Of a stretch of 64,000 bases of DNA, positions 28,439 through 39,000 are shown in pieces; within the stretch, counting starts at the first letter, position 1; each line of letters opens with the position of its first letter. The stretch comes from Thermoplasmata archaeon (lineage in GTDB: Archaea > Thermoplasmatota > Thermoplasmata > Halarchaeoplasmatales > Halarchaeoplasmataceae), in NCBI GenBank assembly GCA_003560595.1, contig PWKY01000076.1:63-64062 (forward strand), in the 5' to 3' direction. The translations under genes and the position numbers were made by a program. Below the pieces are notes generated by a model that worked only from the letters and a program-made list of their open reading frames with translations, was not told where the DNA came from and did not search any database.

Positions 28439-31400
28439 TTACCAGACCTCTTCGTTTTCCTGAGGTTCATCATCTACATCCTCTATCTCGACATCTTCGC
28501 TGTCGATTGCAGATGGTTCTTCCCAAGTATCTTCTTCCAGATCCGGCTCTGATGGAATTTCTTCTTCCTTTGGCGGTTTTTCTACCTTTCTAGCCATGGC
28601 TATCATCGCTATTATCAGTGCGATTATAACTATAACGGCTATCAGTAGGATCTCGAATAATGGACTTTCCATTCCGAATAGTCCTTCGACATCATCCTCT
28701 TCTTCAATACCTGTTTCACCGGTTCTGATAGTTATTGGGAATTCCCGACCATCTGGCTCCCCATTGGAGTCCATCCATCGTATGTCCATGGTCTCTTGAT
28801 AGGGTTGACCGACCTTCATGTCCCTTGATGAAACCATATCAAAAGATACAGATATGCTATCACCAGGAGCTATCTCTCCAACATAAAGTGTCCATATGTG
28901 AGGCCTTGGTGCAGATAGTGCTCCTTCAAAATATAAGTGAAGATCTGCAATTTCCTCTGCATTCTCGATCCCGAGACTTTCTAGGTTAACTTCACCAGAA
29001 ACATTCTTTGACTCGAATTGGAAATCAGTTTCGGTTGTTGATATGGCTCGTATAAACCCTTCTAGAACATCCCAGTTCTGGTTGTCGTAGAGTTCGGGGC
29101 GCATGGTTACCCAAGTGTCCCTGGCTGTGTCGTCACCATGATTAGAGATGGTGTAAGTCAGAGTAAATATCTCTCCGGCTACGATGTTCTCTTCGTCCAA
29201 TGTTCCTTCAACAACTAGTCTTGGACCTAGGCCTTCTAATCCAACAGTGATCGGTATATCAAAGTCAGGTATCTGTTGGTTAGTATCCACATTGATCGCC
29301 CGGGTAACGACCAGGTTACCTACGTAGGCATTGGTATTATTCAGTAGTTTATGTGTTACGAAGTCTGAGTTTACGTTGACATAGAAGATTATCTCAGCTT
29401 CATTATCGCCATCAGATGGACCTATCATCGTATCCGATTCGTCTCTACGCATCGCGACGGTGTTTTGACTGCGGTCTTCGGGGTTATAGAAAGGTGTGTT
29501 TTCCCCTACCTCTAAAAGAACTTCTAGATCTCTGAAGCCCACGAGTTCAAAGTTATGAAGTGTTGCTTCGATTCGGATATAGGTGATATCGTCGTCCAGT
29601 TCTACCAGGTCTACAAATCCTTCCATGTTTATCAAATCGTCGACTACATGGATGAATATGTGAGCACCGTCCCAAGGAACCGGGTCTTCATGTATACCAA
29701 ATAGATTAGCCTGATTTGGACTAACACCTTGGTCCCATATCACTTCTACTTCATAGAGTCGATCTACTTCTCCAGTGATATCTGTTAGTTCGAACCAACC
29801 GTTCCAATCGAATTGAAGCATGTGTTTGCCTTCCTGTAAGTAGGTATGCATGCCGATGGTAAATTCTATATCAACAGAGTCACCAACAGAGAGATCACCA
29901 AGTTCCACTGGTATGTCCCTGATCCCTTCTCCGTATTCATAATGGTCTACAGCTAAGATTAAGAAATCCCCATCGTCCAACAATTGAACATATACGTCGT
30001 TTAGGTCTACTTCTCCGGTATTTTCGAAGGTTACTTCAAAAGTGACTTCAGTAGTACCCTGTTCAACTATTATTTCATCTACATATGCTTCTATTGTGGG
30101 CATATATAACATTTCTTCGACCACGTTGAGGAAGATATGAGGACCAAACCATTCTTCATCTTCAGGAGACACTCCAGATAAGTATGCCTGGTTTGGAATA
30201 ACTGTTTGATCCCAGTACACTCCTACTTCATTATATCCTGGATCGTTATTGGTAGTACCGTCATCGTAGTACCAACCTTCCCATGCAAATTGTATCATGT
30301 GCCTACCTTCCAATAACTCATAATCTTCATCTATACCGACAGTGAATCCTAATACTGCTTCATCACCGATATCGAACGCACCCAATGGTATCGAATCAAA
30401 AGTGACAATTTCACCGTATTCATAATGATCGACTTCCAGGACAAAGAATCCGTCGGTAACGAGTTCGACATAGACTTCTATGAGGTCTACATTACCTGTA
30501 TTTTCAAAGGTAACATCGAAGGTCAACTCATCTGTGCCCTCGTCGATAGTCATCTCATCATACGATGCCTCGATGAGTGGAGAAAATTCGACTATGAGGT
30601 CCAATGTTCCTTGTTCGGTGATAAATATTTCACCGTTGGCATTTGCGGTAAAGGTGTATTGTATATCATGACTACCTGATGGAACGTCTTGCTCTACATC
30701 GGCTCTGAATTCAAAATCTACATCGTCGCCAGAAGGAATCCCCTCGGGGATTATAGCGGAATCCGATCTTAGTTCAACACCGCCCGGTATGCCGGATAAT
30801 GTAAGTTCAGCATATTCCAAGTCTACATCTGGGTTGACGTTTTCCACGTTAACGATGAATTGCTGGAAGCTCTTACCAGCCCATAGTTTGTTCTCCTCTT
30901 CGGTTACCACAGTATTTTCTTGTATCTCGAAAGTTACGTATTCGTATTCTGTAGCTACAACATCGTCGGTGCCTGGGTCGTTATCGTGGTCATATTCATA
31001 TGTTATATTAAAGGTGATCTCGTATTCACCGGGTGCTGCATTACCTGCAACGTTGAAGGTGAAAGGTTCAGTCCACTGAGTATCGAAGGGAGCTATCGTG
31101 TAGGGTCCTTCATCTACATCTCCATCGTCTGGCCATTCTGTTGGATCGCCACCGGGTCCGGTAACTGCCTCCACCGAGATCTCAAGTTCATTCAAAGTCT
31201 GTAAGATATCTGCACGATTGAAAATTTGCAAGGTGAACTCATAGTCTTGTTGTCCGACATATATGTCACCAGGGCCAACCACATCAGATATCTCTACCAT
31301 GTTGTGTTCAAATTGATTCTGTGTGTCTTCATAACTCCATTCCCAAGCCATACCTGCGGGTAATGCCGCAAATAGGGACAAAAGGAGTATGGTACAGACT

Positions 31401-31444
31401 AGCATACTAATCTTTTTATTTTTTACCAAATTCTTTGTTTTCAT
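28439..31444 (-). CDS. S-layer-like (COG1361-type) multi-Ig-domain surface protein with C-terminal TM anchor and acidic tail
   Basis: Signal peptide, repeated VTFENTG.VDL Ig-like domains, very acidic, C-terminal hydrophobic helix, GGAGG SD. Confidence 0.8.
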   Translation of the reverse strand: MKTKNLVKNKKISMLVCTILLLSLFAALPAGMAWEWSYEDTQNQFEHNMVEISDVVGPGDIYVGQQDYEFTLQIFNRADILQTLNELEISVEAVTGPGGDPTEWPDDGDVDEGPYTIAPFDTQWTEPFTFNVAGNAAPGEYEITFNITYEYDHDNDPGTDDVVATEYEYVTFEIQENTVVTEEENKLWAGKSFQQFIVNVENVNPDVDLEYAELTLSGIPGGVELRSDSAIIPEGIPSGDDVDFEFRADVEQDVPSGSHDIQYTFTANANGEIFITEQGTLDLIVEFSPLIEASYDEMTIDEGTDELTFDVTFENTGNVDLIEVYVELVTDGFFVLEVDHYEYGEIVTFDSIPLGAFDIGDEAVLGFTVGIDEDYELLEGRHMIQFAWEGWYYDDGTTNNDPGYNEVGVYWDQTVIPNQAYLSGVSPEDEEWFGPHIFLNVVEEMLYMPTIEAYVDEIIVEQGTTEVTFEVTFENTGEVDLNDVYVQLLDDGDFLILAVDHYEYGEGIRDIPVELGDLSVGDSVDIEFTIGMHTYLQEGKHMLQFDWNGWFELTDITGEVDRLYEVEVIWDQGVSPNQANLFGIHEDPVPWDGAHIFIHVVDDLINMEGFVDLVELDDDITYIRIEATLHNFELVGFRDLEVLLEVGENTPFYNPEDRSQNTVAMRRDESDTMIGPSDGDNEAEIIFYVNVNSDFVTHKLLNNTNAYVGNLVVTRAINVDTNQQIPDFDIPITVGLEGLGPRLVVEGTLDEENIVAGEIFTLTYTISNHGDDTARDTWVTMRPELYDNQNWDVLEGFIRAISTTETDFQFESKNVSGEVNLESLGIENAEEIADLHLYFEGALSAPRPHIWTLYVGEIAPGDSISVSFDMVSSRDMKVGQPYQETMDIRWMDSNGEPDGREFPITIRTGETGIEEEDDVEGLFGMESPLFEILLIAVIVIIALIIAMIAMARKVEKPPKEEEIPSEPDLEEDTWEEPSAIDSEDVEIEDVDDEPQENEEVW

Positions 31445-31601
31445 TTGTATTCCTCCTTAAGGAATTTTATTTACCCATTTAAAGTTAGAATGATTTGTTA
31501 CTATATGTGTTTTTTGGTATAAGGATAGAACTATTTTAAGGCACTACTTCAAGGAATAAACCGAAACTAGTTTAACGAGGCTTTTGTATTGACAAGACAC
31601 C

Positions 31602-32021
31602 ATGACCACAAGAAAAATAGTGTTCACCGTTAAAACAAAAGAGGAACTCGACATAATAGATATAACTCCACAGGTAAAAGATGCGGTTTCAAAAGGTGGA
31701 TTAAAAGAGGGAATAGTTCTTATTTTCGTACCTGGCTCCACCGGAGCGATAACCACTATAGAATACGAGCCCGGCCTTTTAGAAGATTTTCCCAAGGCCT
31801 TGGAAAAACTGTTTCCTAAGGATATTAGATACAAGCATCACGAGATGTGGCACGACGGTAACGGTCATTCCCACGTGAGGGCATCTTTCATCGGCCCTAG
31901 TCTTACAGTGCCTTTGTCTGACGGAAAGATAACTTTAGGCACTTGGCAGCAGATTATACTTTGTGACATGGACGTTCCGGCTAGAGAAAGGGAGATAATC
32001 GTTAAGATCGTTGGTGAATAG
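31602..32021 (+). CDS. yjbQ: YjbQ/UPF0047 family protein
   Basis: IDITPQV, PGSTGAITTIE, GNGHSHVRAS, LGTWQQI. Confidence 0.93.
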   Translation: MTTRKIVFTVKTKEELDIIDITPQVKDAVSKGGLKEGIVLIFVPGSTGAITTIEYEPGLLEDFPKALEKLFPKDIRYKHHEMWHDGNGHSHVRASFIGPSLTVPLSDGKITLGTWQQIILCDMDVPAREREIIVKIVGE

Positions 32022-32023
32022 AG

Positions 32024-32983
32024 CTAGCGATCTACATCTAAAGCAAAATGAGCTAAAAGTGCCTCTAGCTGAATCCTTTCGTTAGAACCCTGAACCATAC
32101 GGAACTCGGCCTCGCCGATCTTCTCCACCAATTTCATCCTCATCCAATTATCCATAGGCACGTTATATATGCTTTTGTGGATCTGTTTGATTATGTCTCC
32201 CCCGGATAATCCGTTTTCTATGAGCAGTTTATCCAGCTTTTTCCGAACTACTACAAATTCATCCTTCATAGCAGATACGATAAGGTCTTCTATATCCTGG
32301 GGCCTGGCGATGTTAGCACTTTCTCTCACAACTTCGCCAGTTATATCATCCGTTGTGGATGCTGAGATCTGAAGAAGGTTAGTCGCTCTTCTAAGGTCAC
32401 CTTCAGAAAGTCTTACCAGCATCTCTCTCGCCTCCTCAGAAATATTTAGATCTTCTTCGGCGGCGATATGATCGATCCATCTTTGGACGTTTTCATCGGT
32501 AATGTGTCTGAACCGGAACACTGCACATCTGGATTGTATAGGATCTATGATCTTAGAGGAATAGTTACAGGAAAGTATAAAACGGCAGTTGTTGGAATAT
32601 TTTTCCATGGTCCTCCTGAGTGCGGCCTGAGCCTCGGACGTCAGTGAGTCAGCCTCATCCATAAATATGATTTTAAAACCACGCTGGCTGATGGTTGTGG
32701 TCCGGGCGTATTCTTTAATCTTATTACGGATAACGTCGATACCTCTTTCATCACTGGCATTCAATTCAAAGAATGCTGCTTTCCATTGATCGCCATACAT
32801 CTCCTTTGATAAAGCGATGGCAGAGGTGGTTTTGCCGGTGCCTGCAGGCCCTGCGAATAAGAGATGGGGTAGAGTACCTTTTCCTACATAGGCCTTCAAA
32901 CGGTCGATAACTCTTTCCTGGCCGTACACATCATCTAGCACATGAGGCCTGTACTTCTCGGTCCATATCTTTTCCATCGACAT
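32024..32983 (-). CDS. rfcS: Replication factor C small subunit
   Basis: WTEKYRP, GPAGTGKT, ELNASDERGID, DEADSL, QAALRRTME, IQSRC. Confidence 0.97.
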   Translation of the reverse strand: MSMEKIWTEKYRPHVLDDVYGQERVIDRLKAYVGKGTLPHLLFAGPAGTGKTTSAIALSKEMYGDQWKAAFFELNASDERGIDVIRNKIKEYARTTTISQRGFKIIFMDEADSLTSEAQAALRRTMEKYSNNCRFILSCNYSSKIIDPIQSRCAVFRFRHITDENVQRWIDHIAAEEDLNISEEAREMLVRLSEGDLRRATNLLQISASTTDDITGEVVRESANIARPQDIEDLIVSAMKDEFVVVRKKLDKLLIENGLSGGDIIKQIHKSIYNVPMDNWMRMKLVEKIGEAEFRMVQGSNERIQLEALLAHFALDVDR

Positions 32984-33070
32984 TGTGCACGTTGAGAGCC
33001 GTAATATATTTTTCGTTTGTCTTTGTGAGATACAAATAAACTAAAATAACATGAATGGTATTACCAAAAT

Positions 33071-33265
33071 ATGGTAGAAGAAGACGCAGAGGAGTTAGTA
33101 AACAAATACACTAGAGAAGAACTCGATAGGATAGCTGTTAACGAGCATATCTCTGATCCTGATAAACTACCCAACAAAAAGACTGTTGCGCTGGAGATAG
33201 TAAAGGCCCGTAAAACCAAAAAATATATGAAAAAGCCGGCTGGTCTCTATCTAAACAAGGATTGA
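33071..33265 (+). CDS. Small protein, possible Rho-N/HeH-like helix-extension-helix domain with basic tail
   Basis: YTREELDRIA...I...LPNKKTVALEI pattern; 8 nt before the next gene. Confidence 0.6.
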   Translation: MVEEDAEELVNKYTREELDRIAVNEHISDPDKLPNKKTVALEIVKARKTKKYMKKPAGLYLNKD

Positions 33266-33273
33266 TATGACAC

Positions 33274-34839
33274 ATGTTCCCAGGGATGTTTAAAAAAGGG
33301 CCAAAACGGGCAAGCAAAGTAGAAGAAGAAAGACTTATTCAGCGGGCCAAGAAAATATATGAAAACCCGTCCATGGTGATACCAAAATGCCAGGGTAGCT
33401 GTTTTTTGTGTAAATTTGGAAAAGAAAAGAGATGGGTGAAGAAACTCGAAGATTCAAAGGAGGATCGAAGTAAGCTGGAAAAATACTCTAAAAAGGGACC
33501 TAAATTAACAAGAGCGTTAGCTTCTACGATGTTACTAGCGAACCAAGAAAAGGCTAAATTATTGGCAACCGCTAACACACCGAAGGGTAAGATATCATAC
33601 GCAAAAAGAGGTAATGCCGGAGCAAAATATCTAGTGGGTATCCAGTATTTCGATGACCCCTTCCTCAGACTCATGGCATATCACGATTATTCTAAAAAAG
33701 GGTATTACATATATTCATGGAACAAAGAGTTGGTTTGTACGGACAAGAAAGATGCTCCACCCAAGGGATACATCAATAACAGGATATCATCATCCAACTA
33801 TAGACTCAAAAAAGATGGGAACGGATATTCGTGTGGTCATATCGGAGAGGATCATACCTACTTTGTGATCAAATGGAAAACTCCTGGGATATCAATAAAG
33901 GTATGCGAAGTTTGTGCAGATGTCGATTCAAACTTGTTTATTGATTTGAGCAGCGGGATCACTTCACCAGATAACAAAGAAATGTTTCAATTGAAGGGGA
34001 GATATATGATGGAATGTGGATCAGATTGCAACCATTGTAAAGTTGCTAGCAGCCGGATATCTGTAAAAAGTTCCACAGTTGATAAATATTTTTCAGGCAC
34101 CATTTCAGATAAGGGATTGATAGATCTAGTGATTTCTGAGAACCGTGAGGCCCTGTTTAAAAACAGCCCGGTATTCGCTATCGGGAAAAAGTGTTTTGGA
34201 AAAGATGCTTCATCCTTCTTGAACTCTTTGAGATACGACGATTGGGAAAAAGACGTTCTCAAAAAAGCTATAAAACTTACCGGACCAGTTATTTTAGAAC
34301 AAGGGACCGTCAACGAACTACTCGAACAGGCGTGGGATAGTTACGCATCAGATATACTGAGCGTCCTGCTGGACGATGAAGAACTTATAGAAGAGTTGAT
34401 ATCATGGGGTGATAAAAAGAATGTAATACCCAGAGATGTTCTAAGACAAGCTAAAAAAAGAAAGATGGAATTAGATGAGCTGACAGCACTACCTTCTTTC
34501 GATGTTCTACCGGCCCGTGCGAGATTTGTCCATGATCTGATGATATCATACAAGATAAGCGGTGTAGAGGAGGCTTTGAACCATCTTAAAGAGGTGAACC
34601 CCAGGGAAACCCGTATGAAGTCCTTGGCTTATGGTTTTCTCCACGCCATAGACCGAGCAGAATCACACCGATGGAAATACGACGATAGTGAAGTCGAGAC
34701 CGGTGAGTTTTTATCTGATTATTTTAAGAAGCTTATTGAAAGCTCAGGAGAAGAATACGCACAGGCACTGCAGGATTTATTGAAGATGAGTGGTTCCACT
34801 AAGACCATAGTTCTCGATGATGGTCGGGAACTCAGATGA
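33274..34839 (+). CDS. Hypothetical Cys-rich basic protein (521 aa)
   Basis: Long ORF with CQGSCFLC, CEVC and CGSDCNHC clusters; function not recognised. Confidence 0.8.
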   Translation: MFPGMFKKGPKRASKVEEERLIQRAKKIYENPSMVIPKCQGSCFLCKFGKEKRWVKKLEDSKEDRSKLEKYSKKGPKLTRALASTMLLANQEKAKLLATANTPKGKISYAKRGNAGAKYLVGIQYFDDPFLRLMAYHDYSKKGYYIYSWNKELVCTDKKDAPPKGYINNRISSSNYRLKKDGNGYSCGHIGEDHTYFVIKWKTPGISIKVCEVCADVDSNLFIDLSSGITSPDNKEMFQLKGRYMMECGSDCNHCKVASSRISVKSSTVDKYFSGTISDKGLIDLVISENREALFKNSPVFAIGKKCFGKDASSFLNSLRYDDWEKDVLKKAIKLTGPVILEQGTVNELLEQAWDSYASDILSVLLDDEELIEELISWGDKKNVIPRDVLRQAKKRKMELDELTALPSFDVLPARARFVHDLMISYKISGVEEALNHLKEVNPRETRMKSLAYGFLHAIDRAESHRWKYDDSEVETGEFLSDYFKKLIESSGEEYAQALQDLLKMSGSTKTIVLDDGRELR

Positions 34840-34901
34840 TCCATCTGTAAATCATAAATGATAAATACATTCAACACTATTTCTCCTTGAAGTGAGTTAC
34901 G

Positions 34902-36059
34902 ATGTTGGACCTAAATAAAGTAAGGGCAAAATTAGAGGACTATGATCTGGCTAAGACCAAGGTGGGTGTTGTTGCATCACATTCAGCTTTAGATGTATGC
35001 GATGGAGCGGTGGATGAAGGGTTCCCAACTTTAGCGGTCTGTCAAAAGGGAAGAGAGAAAACATACGATAAATATTTCAAAACCATTCATGATGGCAAAG
35101 GAAAGCGTATAAGAGGGGTGGTTGATGAAACTTGGATCCTGGATAAGTTCGCAGACATATTGAAAAAAGAATATCAACAGCGGCTCATCGATGAAAATGT
35201 TATCTTCGTTCCGAACAGATCATTTACATCATATGCACCTTTGGATCGGATAGAAGATGATTTCGTTGTTCCGATGGTGGGAAGCAGGAACTTACTCAGA
35301 AGTGAAGAAAGAGAAGAAGAAAAAGACTATTACTGGTTATTAGAAAAAGGCGGCCTTCCGTTCCCTAAAAAAATTAAAAATCCAGAGGATATAGATAAAC
35401 TTGTTATGGTTAAGTTAAAGCATAAAGAAAAGCGTCTAGAAAGAGGTTTTTTCACAGCCTCTTCATACGAAGAATATCAAGGGAAAGTTGAAAACCTTAT
35501 AAAGAACGATGTGATCACTCGAGAGGACCTAAAGGACGCTAGGATCGAAGAATACATCATCGGACCAGTATTCAATTTTGATTTCTTTTATAGCCCTCTC
35601 AACGATAAGGGTTCTAAGATCGAGCTTTTAGGTATAGACTGGAGGTTTGAAACCAGCCTTGATGGCCATGTGAGACTTCCAGCACCACAACAGATGACAT
35701 TGAATGAAGAACAGATAGTACCGGAGTACACCGTTACTGGACACAACAGCGCTACTCTAAGAGAATCTCAACTTGAAAAGGTATTTAAACTCGCCGAGTT
35801 ATACGTTAAGGCAACCAAAAAACACTATGCCCCCGGAGTTATCGGACCTTTCTGCCTACAGACCTGTGTGGATAAGGACCTCAATTTTTATATATACGAT
35901 GTTGCACCTAGAACAGGTGGTGGGACCAACGTACATATGAACGTTGGCCATCCTTACGGTAATACCTTATGGGGAAAACGTATGTCTACTGGTAGAAGGC
36001 TGGCTCAGGAGATAAGAAGAGGTATCAAAAAAGAGCGACTTAAGGAGATAATCACTTGA
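34902..36059 (+). CDS. purP: PurP-family ATP-grasp formate-dependent AICAR ligase
   Basis: ASHSALD, FVPNRSF, LERGFF, IEEYIIG, LLGIDWRFE, IGPFCLQ, DVAPR, MSTGRR. Confidence 0.93.
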   Translation: MLDLNKVRAKLEDYDLAKTKVGVVASHSALDVCDGAVDEGFPTLAVCQKGREKTYDKYFKTIHDGKGKRIRGVVDETWILDKFADILKKEYQQRLIDENVIFVPNRSFTSYAPLDRIEDDFVVPMVGSRNLLRSEEREEEKDYYWLLEKGGLPFPKKIKNPEDIDKLVMVKLKHKEKRLERGFFTASSYEEYQGKVENLIKNDVITREDLKDARIEEYIIGPVFNFDFFYSPLNDKGSKIELLGIDWRFETSLDGHVRLPAPQQMTLNEEQIVPEYTVTGHNSATLRESQLEKVFKLAELYVKATKKHYAPGVIGPFCLQTCVDKDLNFYIYDVAPRTGGGTNVHMNVGHPYGNTLWGKRMSTGRRLAQEIRRGIKKERLKEIIT

Positions 36060-36090
36060 AATTGATAATGTATCATAGGAGGAGTTTAAC

Positions 36091-39000
36091 ATGGGGTTAT
36101 TAGACAACTTGCTTGACAAAGAAAAAAGGGCGCTGAACAAGGCACAAAAATATATTGATAAGGCAAAGGATTTACATCAGTCTGGTGATGTCAATAAAGC
36201 TAAAGAATATTGTGATAAAGCATGGGATCATCTTAAGAAAAATGAAGAGATCTTCAAGGAGAAAATTGAAGAGCTATCCCGAGTTTTCGACGATCTAGGT
36301 TGGGTGTATTACAATATTGGGTACGACGATCTAGCACTACATACAGAAGAGAAGGCTCTTGAAATTAACGAAACGAACGTTTTGGCTTTGAATCATAAAG
36401 CACTGATACTAACTCAAAAAGGACATCCATCAAAGGCCCTTCATCTGCTTTCCCGCGCCCTGGAGATAAATAATGAGGATAGGTATACACTGATAAATAA
36501 GGGAGATATCCTTAAAAAGATGGAGAGATACGACGAAGCAGTTAGAACATACGAAAAGGCTCTAGAACTAGATGAGGAAGATATATCGATATATGACAAG
36601 ATACTTACGATCGAACCAAGGAACGGAAAAATTTGGGCTGAAAGAGGATTAGCTCTTAAAAATAGTGGAGACTATGAAAAAGCAATAGAGTCTTTCAATA
36701 AATCATTAGAGATAAATACAAACCAAGAGCGTATCTGGCTATACAAAGGGCTCGCACTAAGAGATATGGATAAATTGAACGATGCAGTGGTATGTTTCGA
36801 CAATGGATTAGAGATAAACCCGGAAAACAAAGATCTATGGAGCAGCAAGGGAGTGACTTTACACTTACTGAAAAGGGATGAAGATGCTCTAGAGGCGTTC
36901 AGTAAAGCTTTAGAGATAGATTCTGAGAACAAAGACCTTTGGAACCGTAAGGGCACTATACTTTACGAATTGGGACGCCATAAAGAGGCTGTTAACGCCT
37001 TCGATAAAGGTATAGCTATTGACCCAGATGATGTAAAATTGTTAAACAATAAAAAAGAAGCCCTGAAGCCTATAGGAAGGTATGAAGAACTTATAAGAGT
37101 ATGTGATAAGATCCTAGATAAGAACCCTTCAGATGCCAGCAGTCTATATGATAAAGGAGTTGCATTACATAGACTAGGTAAACATCAAGAGGCTATCCAA
37201 CAGTTAGAAGAAGCCCTTTCTTATAATCCTAAGGATATCTATGCCCTTGAGAAAGAAAAAAAGATATACAAGGAATTAGAGGATTGGGAAAGTGTCATTA
37301 GAACCTCAGATCGCATAAATGAAATCGATAGTAATAACTGGGACGCATGGTTTGATAAAGGTAATTCTTATCTAAAGATCAACAACCCTGAACAGGCTAT
37401 CGAAAGTTTTGAACGTTCTTTGATGATAAAAGATAATGAGTTGAGAGCTTTAGAGGGGAAAAAAGAAGCTTTGATACTTGCGGGCAGGGTCGAAGAAGTT
37501 GTCTCGGTTTGTGACCGGATAATATCCATAGATCCAGACAATACCCAGGCTTATTTCGATAGGGCAAAGGCTTTGGAGCGTTTAAAAAAATATGAAAGAG
37601 CGATTAAGGACTATAGGAAGGGTTTATCTAACGATCCATCATGGGACGAACATTGGAATGATAAGGGACTATGCGAATATCGTATAGGCGAGTACCGGGA
37701 GGCAATAGAGAGTTTTGATAAAGCTATCGGTATAAACTCAGACGATAAGCGTTATTGGAACAACAAAGGTCACAGTCTAAACAAGTTAGAGATGTATGAA
37801 GAAGCCATATCAGCATATGATAAAGCGCTAGATATCGAACCAAACGATAAAAGAGTATGGTACAGCAAAGGACTTGCCCAAGAAGGGCTTAATAGATATG
37901 AAGAGGCGGTAACATCATACGATAAAACCTTGGAGTTGGATGATAGTAATCCAAAGGTTTGGTACAGTAAAGGGATCGCACTTGAGTGGCTGGATAGGTA
38001 CGAGGAAGCAGTAGAGGCCTTTGATAGATCCATCAAGCTAAAACCGAACAATCGTTTCGCCTATATACGAAAGGGTCTTGCACATTCAGAACTTGGAGAA
38101 CACGAGAAAGCGATTAAATCTTTCAATAGAGCACTGGATATGAAGGGAGACGATATCAAGCTACTCCATGAAAAGAAGGAATCCTTGAAGGAATTGAACA
38201 GATGGAGTGATATACTACAGACCGCCAATCAGATCATCGATATCGATTCGAACAACCTTCAGGCTTGGAGGGATAAAGGAGAGGCGTTAAAACGACTTGG
38301 TGAGCCTCAGAACGCATTGAGTTGTTATGAGCGTGCTTTATCGATAGAAAAGAGTTTGAAAGATTTGATCAAAGTAAAGGATCTATTCAAAGATCTTAAG
38401 AGAACAGATGGCGTATTAGAATACAGTGAACTCATAATCGAAGAGGACCCAAAAAATGAAGAAGCTTGGCAGGACAAAGCCATGGCGTTGAAGTTACTGA
38501 AAAGATGGGATGAATCTCTTCAAGCTTTTGATAAAGCCTTGGAGATGGAGCCAGATAGTCAAAAAATGTGGATTCACAAGGGTATGGTTTTTGAACATCT
38601 GAAACAGTATGAAAATGCGATTAGAGCATATAACGAAGCTTTAGAATTAGATTCAAGTGATATCCTACCCATAGCTCGAAAAGCTATATGTTTGAAAAAA
38701 ATGGAGCGATTCGAGGAGGCGGCAGAATGGTTCCAAAAGGCCATGGATATAGAGCCAGATAATACACGTTACATCAACATGAGAGGTAGATGCCTGATAG
38801 AAACTGGTGACCTGGAAGAAGCAAAAGAACTATTTGAACGCTCACTCCAGATCGACGACCAGAACGGAACAACTTGGGAGTATAAGGGCATATTAGCGGA
38901 AAAACTTGAGAGATATGAGGAGGCCATAAGTTCACTGGATACTGCGATAAAGCTAGGTGTTGAAGATAAGGATGTATGGATCACAAAGGCCGAGTGTTAC

